From Emiliania huxleyi CCMP1516 (taxonomy: Eukaryota): a stretch of DNA of 64,000 nucleotides. The position numbers were made by a program, and so were the translations under genes. The notes under the pieces were generated by a model that saw nothing but the letters and a program-made list of their open reading frames with translations, was not told the origin of the DNA and made no database searches. The stretch is from the NCBI RefSeq assembly GCF_000372725.1, contig NW_005201192.1, forward strand, positions 942,758-1,006,757, given 5' to 3'. Positions 44,185-53,969 of the stretch are shown piece by piece (position 1 is the stretch's first letter; each line of letters begins with the position of its first letter).

Positions 44185-46308
44185 AGAGCGGCCAAAGCCA
44201 GCCAAGGCTGCCGTTCTGCCCGCTGCGCCGCCCCTGATCCCCTCGCAGACCGCGCGCCTCTCCCCGAAGAAGCCGCCGCAGAGGCGCGCGACCGCCGGCG
44301 CGGCTCTCGCTGCGCCCGCCTCGCCGCCGCCCTCCGCAGCTCCGGCTCCAGCGGCAGCGGCAGCCGCCAAGCTGGCGGCGTCTTCCTGCGCGCCAGCTGC
44401 GGCCAAGGGGTCGAAGCGGCCGATGCCCGTGCTGCCCCTCGCCGCCCCTCTCCCGGGGGGCGGGGTCGCCTCGCTGGAGCCGCCCCTCTCGCCCGCGGCC
44501 AAGAAGCGCAAGGTCGACCGCGCGCCAGAGGCGGGCGCTGCCGGCGGCGGCGCCAGGCTCACCGTAGCGGTGCCGCAGTCTCCATCTAGAGGGGGGAGGG
44601 CGGGAGGGCAGCCCTCCCCAAAGGGCGACGGCCACCCGCCGCCCAAGGCCAAGGCCGCCCCCTCCCCCGTCTGCGACAAGTGCGACGGGCGGCACGCGTC
44701 CGCCCTCTGCCCGCACTACCGCAAGGCGCGCGACCGGCACCCGGACGCGCAGCCCGGCGGCGCCAAGCGGCGGCTGGGGGCGGACGCGCGGCCGATTCTG
44801 CTCCGGTGCCGGAGCCGCCGCCCATGTCCTTGCCCCCCCCCCCTCCCCCCACCCACCCACCCACCCACCCACACACACACCACCCACCCACCCACACACC
44901 ACCACCACCCACCACCACCCACCACCTTCCTTTCCCGTTCTCCCCTGTTCCCTCCCGCCTCCACTTGCCCCCCCTCCCCACGCCCCTCTCCCCCCGCTAG
45001 GCGGGGCCGCGTGGTGCCGCAGCCCGGTGACGGCTCCTGCCTGTTCCACTCCCTCCGCTACGGCTTGCACGCCCTCCCGCCCGCCCTGCGCCGCTGCGCC
45101 TCCGTGCCCTCGGCGCCGGCGCTGCGGCAGCAGCTCGCGCGGTGGGTGGCCTCCAACGCGCAGCTGCGCATCGCCGACACGCCCGTGTCGATGTGGGTCA
45201 AGTGGGACAGCGGGCTGTCGGCGCAGGCGTACGCCAGCCGGATGGCGCGCAGCGGGTGGGGCGGAGGCGTCGAGATGGCCGCTTGCTCGCACCTGATGGG
45301 TGTGTCTGTGTGGGCGCGCGGCGCCTCTCCGAGACACTTCCGAGACACTTCCGAGACACTTCCACTACCGAGACACTTCCGAGACACTTCCGAGACACTT
45401 CCGAGACACTTCCGAGACACTTCCGAGACACTTCCGAGACACTTCCGAGACACTTCCGAGACACTTCCGAGACACTTCCGAGACACTTCCGAGACACTTC
45501 CGAGACACTTCCGAGACACTTCCGAGACACTTCCGAGACACTTCCGAGACACTTCCGAGACACTTCCGAGACACTTCCGAGACGCCTCCGAGACACTTCC
45601 GAGACACTTCCGAGACACTTCCGAGACGCCTCCGAGACGCCTCCGAGACACTTCCGAGACACTTCCGAGACACTTCCGAGACACTTCCGAGACACTTCCG
45701 AGACGCCTCCGAGACACTTCCGAGACACTTCCGAGACACTTCCGAGACGCCTCCGAGACGCCTCCGAGACGCCTCCGAGACGCCTCCCGGTCTCCCTCCC
45801 GCCGGCGCGCGATGCTGCTGCCGCTCGCCACAGACTCCGCTCGCGCGCCACGCCCGCGGCGCACGTCCGCGACGCGCCCGCGCCTCGCCCGCAGGTGTAC
45901 GAGCGTCGTCGCTCCGGCTACGAGCGCATCTCCTGCTTCGACGCGCCGAGGGCGCCGGGCGGCGGCAAGCGCGGCACGCTGCACATCCTCTACCGCGGCG
46001 GCGTGCACTACGACGCCTTCCTGCCCGACAACGCCGAGCTGCACGCCGCCCTCGCCGCCGCCGACGCGCGCTCGCCGCCAAAGGCCTCCGGGCCGCTCGG
46101 CTCGCCGGCGAGCAGCAGGCTGCCCGCCTCGCCAGCCGGCGCGGCGGCGGCCAAGCCGCAGCGGTGGCAGGGGTCGCCACAGCAGTGGGGGCAGCAGCGG
46201 CACGGGCAGGGGCGCGGGCAGGGGTCGCCGCAGCGGCAGCCGTGGGGGGGAGGGAGGGGTAAGGGAAGCGGTGGGCGGAAGCGGAGTCGAGGCAACCGCC
46301 GGAGGTGA
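43538..46308 (+). CDS. OTU-domain deubiquitinase with polyQ and a CxxC-H-C knuckle
   Basis: PGDGSCLFHSL, GWGGGVEMAACS, ILYRGGVHYDAF; CDKCDGRHASALCPHY; 28 pure CAG codons at 44099-44182. Confidence 0.88.
45329..45786 (+). repeat. Intronic 11-bp minisatellite (CCGAGACACTT / CCGAGACGCCT), about 40 units
   Basis: Direct reading; lies in a GC-AG intron (~45314-45894) splitting the OTU domain. Confidence 0.95.
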
Positions 46309-47534
46309 CAGTCGTGAGTCTATGAATCCGCGCGATCATTTAGGTGCTCAGAAGTGTCATGTTGATGACTTGATGTTCTCAAAACTCCAGCACATGGATA
46401 GTGGAATTGTGTACCGTTTCGTCCTCACAAAACATACGGAATGACATACCGTAATTTCCGTGGTGTGTGGTGGTTCAGGAATCCTCTCGATGAGACATGC
46501 GAGTCGATGTCTCTGGCTAGTGCCATTTCACTGTGGCACAGCTCGCGTTACAAAACCTTGATTTGACCATTTGCGCCATTTTGTCCCTCTCGGTGCCTTC
46601 CAGAGGCAGCTGCGACCCCGCCAAGTGGACGGGGGCACTCGGCAGGTGGCGCGGAGGGCCCCCGGCCCCTAGGCGGGGTCGCAGCTGCCTCTGTGCGTCC
46701 TGGGGAGGGACAAAATTGTCGCCGCCGGAGACGACTCGACGCCGCTGAGATTGGAGATCAAGCTCTGACAGGTCGCACGTCGCTCCTTTGACGCCGACGT
46801 GACTCACCCGTGCAGATCACATCAGGACACGGTCTCGACGCGCTCGGTACGACGCCTGCGACCCGTCTCGGGTCAGGTGGCACGACGCTCATCGCGCCTA
46901 CCAGCGCTGCCGTACAGGTTGCCACGACGAGGTCGAGCACGCTTCTATACGCTCGCCGAGCCTTCCTTTCCATCCAATTAGGCAGCCTGGGAACGGTGGC
47001 GGTCAGAGGCAAAGCCTACGAGGGGTGGTGGAACCACATGTCACGGCTACTGCCGGCTCGACCCCACGATAGCCTCCGAAGGCTGACTTTGCGGCACCAT
47101 CATCGGACGATGTCGACGAGTTGGGTCGCTCTCGCGGTAGCCAGATGACCTCTCTTTCTAGGAGCATCGGCCATGGCCGCAGGGAGCGCGGGGGAGGGCG
47201 CTGGAAGCAACACGGAGCTCCGTTGGAGACGTTTTCAAGATTAGCGTGTCAGAGTGAAATGGCACTAGCCTCTCCGACCGTCCGACGACTTGGCACTTGC
47301 GCTCGTCCTCCGACCCCCGCGCGGCGTCTCTGGCCTCTGCCACTCTCCGACTCCGCGTGTCCGCGAGAGAGTCGCGGGCCGTCGCCCCGCCGGCACACAC
47401 CCCTCCCCCCGACCCGCCCGCCTGCGCCCCGCACCCAGCTAGTGGCCGAAGCGATTCTGCGGCTCTCCGCCTCCCCTCCCTGCCCGCGCGCCTCCCCCTC
47501 TTTCGCCGCCGCTGACTCCCCCAGCCAGCCGCCG

Positions 47535-49439
47535 CTACCGCCTCCGGCGAGGGGAGACCAACTCCGCCTCAAACGCCGCCCTCAGCTCCTCCTCGAGCGC
47601 CTCCACCTCGGCGGACGGCGCGCCGCCGACGGCGGCGGCGGCGGCGTGCGCCTCCGCCGCCCGCGCCTCGGAGCGCCGCACGTAGGTGAGCATGTACGCC
47701 GACGGCGACGGACCCCCGAGCCCAAAGAGGCCGCCTCCGCGCGGCGCGTGATCGCCGCCGTACTGCTCCCGCACCGCGGCCGACTCGGCCACGCGCTCCA
47801 CGCGCGTGTCGTCGAAGCGGTACCAGCCTCCGCCGCCGCCGAGCGGGCGGACGAAACTGATGTAGTGGCCCGAGCCGAACCCGCCGGCGTGCGAGAGGAC
47901 GGCGCGCAGCTCGTAGACCGGAGGCGGCCCTCCGCCGCCGCGTGCGCCCTTGGCCATGTACCGGCGCAGCCGCAGCGTGGTGGGGAAGGAGAAGGAGCCC
48001 TGCAGCTTCTGCATCGCGCCTATTGCCGGCCCAAAGCACGCCTCGCGCGCCGGCTCCGCGGGAAGCTGCCCTTCCAGCGTGTGCGTCGCGCCCGTCGCCG
48101 CGTCGTACTCGAAGCGCTTGAGGTGAAGCACCTTGAAGGAGGGCCGTCCTCCCCTTATTGCTGCACCGAGGAGGCTGCGGCATCCGCTCCCAGTGATGCG
48201 CCAGCACGGCAGGCAGCGAGCGGAAGGCGCAGCCGCGCCGCACCGTCCCCGCGGGCTGCCGGCCGAAGCGCTCGTCGCGCGTGTTGTACTCGCCCTGCAG
48301 CGTCTCCTCCGCCACGTACCTACTCGCACCGCGGTGGCCGCCTCGGTGGGGCTGCCGGGGCTTGCGGCCATAGCCGAGAGGGAGGGAGAGTCAGAGAGAG
48401 AGAGTGAGTCAGAGAGTCAGAGAGAGAGAGGAGAGAGAGAGTCAGAGAGGGAGAGGGAGAGGGAGAGGGAGAGGGAGAGGGAGAGGGAGAGGGAGAGGGA
48501 GAGGGAGGGGGAGGGGGGGGGGGAGGGGGAGAGAGGGGTAGGGGTAGGGGTAGGGGTAGGGGGAGGGAGAGGAGCGCACTGTCGGAGCGAGGCGTGCAGC
48601 GAGGCGCAACCCGCCACCTGCAGCTGCAGGTCGCAGAAACGGCCCTCCCGCTCCGATGTGAAGGGCACCTTGGTGCACCGCACGTAGCTCTGCGTCCTCC
48701 CCTCAAAGACCTGCGGGACGCGCCAGGGACGCGTCGCGAGGAGCAAGTGTCTGGGAAGGGTGTAGGAAGCGCAGGAAGGGTCTGTCAACTCTGGAGCTCA
48801 CGGGCGCACACCCGCGCGAACGGCGTCGGCGGCGGAGCCGGCACGCCTGCAAGGTGGACACAGAGGGGCCAGGCCGTAAAGGACTGAGCCATGGAGCTCC
48901 ACCCCAAGTTTCCAACAAGAGACAGTGCCACCGTGATTCTGTGGCATCTCGCTTGCAGCGCCCCGCCCGCGCGGCTGTCCCTCCGTTGCGAGCTCGCCCG
49001 AGGCGACGAGCGCGGCGTGGAGGGTGTGCCAGAACTCCTGCGCGTCCTGCTGCTCGAGCACGTCGCGCGGGCCCATGCCGAGCGACGTCGTCAGCCGCTC
49101 CGTGCCGACGGCGTCCATGCCGAGCGCGGGTGCACGGCCGAGGCGGTAGAGCAGGCGCTTCATCTCTAGCGCGACCGCTGGCGGAGAGGCGGGCGCAGCC
49201 GCCGGGCTGGAGCACGGGGCGGCGGCGGCCTCGCCACGATCTGCCGCGTCAGTGGCTTCCGGTGGCGGCGGCGGCGGCGGCGGCAGCGGCACGGGTGGGA
49301 GCTCATAGACCGCACGAGCAAACTCTGGAATGTGGCAGAGGGACTGTAGCAGCGAGTTCATGTAGCACGTGTTTCCCTGGTTGCGCAAGCCCGCGTACGG
49401 CGCGGAAGCGGCGGAGGCAACGGTCAGCAAGAGCGCCAT
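47535..49439 (-). CDS. Ubiquitin-specific protease (C19, USP7-like catalytic core); 3' end may extend further
   Basis: GLRNQGNTCYMNSLLQSL, QQDAQEF, VLHLKRFEYD, YELRAVLSHAG..GSGHY, WYRFDD, SAYMLTY. Confidence 0.92.
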
Positions 49440-49631
49440 TGCTTCACTTGCAGAAATGTGGAGCGGTTTCTTTTTTCCGATTCTTTTTCCCTTTGGGAAG
49501 CAACGCGCGAAAAAAAAAGAACATCCGAGGCGAAAACGCCCCGCTCCCCGCTCCAGCAGCTTGGGCAGCGGCACGACAACGGCGTGGACTGGGGCCGACA
49601 CAAGCACACACATCGGCACACCTAGGGAAGA

Positions 49632-50558
49632 ATGCAGCCGCTCCATCCGCCGCTCGCGCTTCGCCGCGTTGAGCAGGCAGCTTCAGCAGGCCGTCGACGC
49701 AGTCGGTCGCGGCAGACGGCTGGCCAGATGCCTCCGGCGCCTGTTGTGGCCACAGAGTGTGCGAATGCGTACGTGTGCCCGCTGGACGCGGCGAAGCTGG
49801 TCGCGCTGCGCCACATAGTGGAGGGCCTGCGGCAGGAGAGCGGCGGACAGAAAAGTGCGCTGGTGTTCAAGCCGAGGCGGTGGCGCTTCCATGCAGAGAG
49901 GCCGACGTGGAAGAGTGATATCCGGTGGATCAGCGCCGCCGACGAGCAAACCTTTCGCGGCCTCTTCGAGCCGCTCTTCGCCAAGCTCGGCATCGCGTCG
50001 CTCTTCTCATTCCTGGGCGACATGGCTCTCTTCTCCGGCTTCTTTGTGACTCGAGGCCACACGCGCAAGACGCACTTCCACACGGACTTTGGCGACACGG
50101 GCAGCCGTTGCTTCACTCTGATGACGCCGCTGTATGACATGGCCGACCTCCGCGACTGCCACCTGCTCTGCCAGGTGCCGACGGACGGCGAGGCAGCCGC
50201 TTGCGCGCCCGCCGCCGATGCGCCCGCTGCCGACGTGCCCGCCGCATGCCCACTCGCCGATGCGCCCGTTGCGTGCACGGTCGCCGCTGCGGCGGTCGCC
50301 GCCGCCGCCTCCGTCGGCGCGAGGGACGTGATCCGTCAGTATCGCTACGAGCTCGGCACGGCCATCGCGTTCGGCGACGGCTTCGTCCACGGCACGGAGA
50401 CAGGCGAGGCGCCGTCGCAGCTGGCCTTCCTCTGCTTCACCTTTGGCGACCGCCGCTGCACGCCCGAGCAGTGGAGCGCCGCCGAGGGGTACATCAAGGA
50501 GCAGGGGCCGGTCTACCAGGACCCGACAGGGCGGTTGGTGGTGAAGGATGTAGCGTGA
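49632..50558 (+). CDS. Intronless 2OG-Fe(II)/cupin-like oxygenase
   Basis: THFHTDF (HxD), FTLMTPL, GTAIAFGDGFVHGTE (distal His). Confidence 0.65.
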   Translation: MQPLHPPLALRRVEQAASAGRRRSRSRQTAGQMPPAPVVATECANAYVCPLDAAKLVALRHIVEGLRQESGGQKSALVFKPRRWRFHAERPTWKSDIRWISAADEQTFRGLFEPLFAKLGIASLFSFLGDMALFSGFFVTRGHTRKTHFHTDFGDTGSRCFTLMTPLYDMADLRDCHLLCQVPTDGEAAACAPAADAPAADVPAACPLADAPVACTVAAAAVAAAASVGARDVIRQYRYELGTAIAFGDGFVHGTETGEAPSQLAFLCFTFGDRRCTPEQWSAAEGYIKEQGPVYQDPTGRLVVKDVA

Positions 50559-50841
50559 TGGTTAGGGTCGAATTCCTTTTAGGTGTATTGTTGGCAGACA
50601 AGACTCAGAGCTCACACAGAATCACAGCGGGAGGAAAGCGGCGAGTCGCAATTCCAGGGGTCGTTGTGGCGGGCCACCCTTTTGTTCCTAGCTGTGTTCG
50701 TGCCAGTGCGCGCCAGTCCCGTGCGCTAAAAAGAAAGAAATAAAACAGGCAACCCAAGGGAGTCCGGTGAGTCGGACATTTCTTTTCTTTTTGCAGCGCC
50801 GCGGCAGCGCATTTCTTACAGTTCATTTTCGCGCCGCCGTG

Positions 50842-51278
50842 ATGAGCGGGGTGCGTTGTTGCCGTCAGAGGAGCCATCACCGCCGGCGACACACCCCGTT
50901 AAACCCGTCGCTATCCTGTGCCGCAGGAGGGCTCCTCGAACAAGCGCGCCCGCGACGGCGACGCTGCCAAGTCGATCGAGAGCAAAGCGGCGTCGTGGGC
51001 GGAGGAATTCGGAGGACTGGAGGAGGACGACCAGTACGCATACCTCCAGGCCCTTGCGGTCAAGATGAAGTGAGAAGCCCCGCAGCGCGTAGCTCTCGCG
51101 CGGCGCTCGACTGACCCTGCCCGCGCTGCCGCCGCGCAGCGGTATGCACCTGCAGTTCCTGCGCGGCATGCCCAACCTCGCCGAGGAGGACGACGATCTG
51201 GAGGAGGAGTACGACGATGAGGACGATGAGGAAAGCGAGGACGATGGCGAGGAGGCGGCGGGCGACGACGACGAGTGA
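50842..51278 (+). CDS. Small 96-aa acidic protein, 3 exons (50842-50850, 50927-51069, 51140-51278), absent from the ORF track
   Basis: GT-AG introns give an open frame MSGEGSSNKRARD...WAEEFGGLEEDDQYAYLQALAVKMNGMHLQFL...DDEDDEESEDD...*. Confidence 0.75.
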
Positions 51279-51602
51279 GGCGTGAGTGAGGCGCGAGCGG
51301 CCGTCCGTCTCCGCAGCACCCGGCGCGGCGCGAGACGCGCGGCTGCTCCATACCCTGCGCGGCTGCCCCATACCCTGTGTCGCGTTATAGCTCTCGGATG
51401 GTCAGGCCGAAGGGGCGCGGCGATTCCGCCCGTCTTGCGGCGGGGCTGGCAGCACACCGCAGTGACAGCCCTACCGAGCACCCAGGCTCGACCAGGTTAA
51501 ACCATAAACGGTCGTGTTTTTCCCGGCGGCCCAGTTCTTCTGTTAACCTTGTCACGCGCGCACGCACCTGCCAGGGAGACCTCCTGAGATTGGCAAGAAA
51601 AA

Positions 51603-51604
<2 letters not shown>

Positions 51605-51660
<56 letters not shown>

Positions 51661-51686
51661 GCGTGTGTGTGTGTGTGTGCGCGCGC

Positions 51687-51745
<59 letters not shown>
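51605..51745. repeat. (GT)n microsatellite with (GC)n interruption
   Basis: Direct reading. Confidence 0.95.
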
Positions 51746-51747
<2 letters not shown>

Positions 51748-52843
51748 GTTTCACACCGCCACGGAGCTGCTCCTCTTTTCGTGCACGGTGCAGATTGTCA
51801 TCCTTTGTGGAACATGACGAAGTTAGTCGAATAGTCGGACGTCTTGTAGACGCGTGATCGCCAGGCCAGGGTCGGCTCATCCTAGCCGGCGATTGGTGGG
51901 GCACTTGCCCTCTAGCACTTGCCAATACAGGCGCCACCGTACCCATAGTTCACGTCTTTTAGGCAGCCGGCCTTGTTCTCGCTTGGGTTTGGGCAGCAGT
52001 AGGAATAGGTGCAGCAGTCGCCAAAGGAAGGGGGGTTTGTGTGGGAAGCCAAGGGAGGTTGTTGGCTTCCCACATTTGTGATGCGATTCGACCTGCTTTC
52101 GATCGGCCGAAAAGCAAGTCGATTCGAGAGAGTGAGACGCGAGTCCTTGGAGGGCGGCTCGCCTGCAGAGCCTCTCTCTTTTCCCATTCTGCTTGTCTGT
52201 TTTGTGGCCTCTTCTCTCGTCTGTCGGTGTTTTGTCCCACCCTGAGCATTGTGCTCTTCCCGCCCTGGGGTTGTGCTGTCTTCCTCCTCCTCCGCCGAGT
52301 GCCGGGGAGTCGATCAGGCAGTTCACTTTGGGGGCTACGGGTATCCCCCCTGGCTATACTTTGAGATTAGGCGTCAAAAGTGGTTCACAGTGGAGGCGGT
52401 CGCCGTCCTACGCACCCCCCAGCAGCAGAGCTCTGCCTCTGGTGCTGGGGGGTGGGGTCGGCCATGACTTTAGACGTGCCGGGGGGGTGCCGAGCGCGAG
52501 CAGTGTGCGGCCGCTCTTTCGACTTTCCCCACAGTGTGCAGCCTGCAGCGCCGGAGAGTTCCGACGTGTTTCTCCCGGGAAATTCGTGTTCCTTTCCGAT
52601 TTTCGTTTTCCTGTTCACCCCTCCCTGACGAAATCTTTGCGCTTTCCTTTTACATACATAAACGCCCGGGCCAGGGTTCCCTGCGCAGACCAACTTGTTT
52701 TCGTCGGGTTCCCTCAGAGTGCTGTGTGTAAGTTCTCAGCTTCTCACGCGGACACGTACACACTCTCCCCGCGCGGGTCCGTCTCCCCCGCTATATCTCG
52801 CGCGCCGCGCCGCCGCGATCACGCAGCCGCATCGCCGCCGCCC

Positions 52844-53744
52844 TCAATGCCCGTGGTCCTTCTTCTCCGCGTGCCCATGCTCATGCGCACCCTTCTCGGC
52901 GTGATCGTGGCCGCAGCAGCCGTCCCCGTGCGCGCCGTGGTCGGCCTGTGCAAAGCAAGGCGAGAGCGCATGGTGAGAGGCGGGTGGGGAGGCGGGCGGG
53001 TGCCGCGCGCGCGCCTTTTCCTCCGAGTGCCCGTGTGCGTGCGACTTGGCATCCTGCGCCGCCTTCATGCGTGCCGGCAACTCCTCGTCGCCCCCGCAGC
53101 AGCCGCCAGAGTGCTTGTGCCCGTGGTCCGCCTTCTCCGCTCCGTGCCCGTGCTCGTGCGCCTTCTCCTTCTCGTCGTTGTCGTGCCCGCAGCAGCCGTC
53201 GGCGTGCTTGCCGTCGGCGTGCCCGTGGTCCGCCTTCTTCTCGGCGTGGCCATGGTCGTGGTGCCCGTGCTCCGCCTTCTCCTCGTCGTGGTCGTGCCCG
53301 CAGCAGCCGTCGGCGTGCTTGCCGTCGGCGTGCCCATGGTCGTGGCCCCCGGCCTCCTCCGCGATCGCGCGCTTCATCGCCGCGTCCACCTGTGTATACA
53401 TGGCACTCGCGGCGGTTGGGGCGGAGCAGGGATCCCTCTTGCGTTTGGTCTACGCAGCGCACCTCCTCGCGCGTGACCTCCGAGGCCGCCTTGAAGATCT
53501 TGAACATCAGCTTTTGCTTAGGCTTTGCGCGGAGCAGCGTCATGACCAGCTCCACCGGCGGGCAGCCCGGCTCCTTGCATTCCAGCTGATTGCAGATGAC
53601 ATTCGTCTCCTTGCCCGCAGGCGCTTTCCCGCCAAATTCCTCGTCCTTCTCCTCCTCGGGCAGCAAGTCCTCCAGCCACTCCACCACGCGCTTCACGCCG
53701 TCCCTCTTCTTCTTCTCGGCCGCTGAGTCGGTGCGGCCGATCAT
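52844..53744 (-). CDS. CxxPGCPP-domain protein with a His/Cys-rich tail (putative metal-binding protein), 3 exons
   Basis: NQLECKEPGCPPVELVMTLL...FKIFK; tail repeats DGCCGHDH and DHGHADGKH. Confidence 0.8.
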
Positions 53745-53969
53745 GGTGGAGTCGAACGCTTTCGCGAGCAAGAAGAGGTGCTCAAAGTCAGCTTCGACTG
53801 CGACCGCGGGAACGGATTTTTCTTTCCTTGATTTTTTATTTATTAATTCCTCCTCGAGAACTCGAGATTTCGCGGCCGCTGAAATTCAAAAAAAGAATTT
53901 CTCGCGGCGGGCGCCCCATCTCTGCAGCCTCGGCGTGGCTCCTTGCGCCGCAAGCTCTTCACGGCCGTA

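Noticed and set aside
45329..45786. ETLPRHFRDTS protein repeat
   Set aside because: The OTU domain is contiguous only if this stretch is spliced out; it is an intronic minisatellite.
52844..52846. TGA as selenocysteine in the His-rich protein
   Set aside because: Not in a Cys-equivalent motif, read-through is not protein-like, and no SECIS was recognised.
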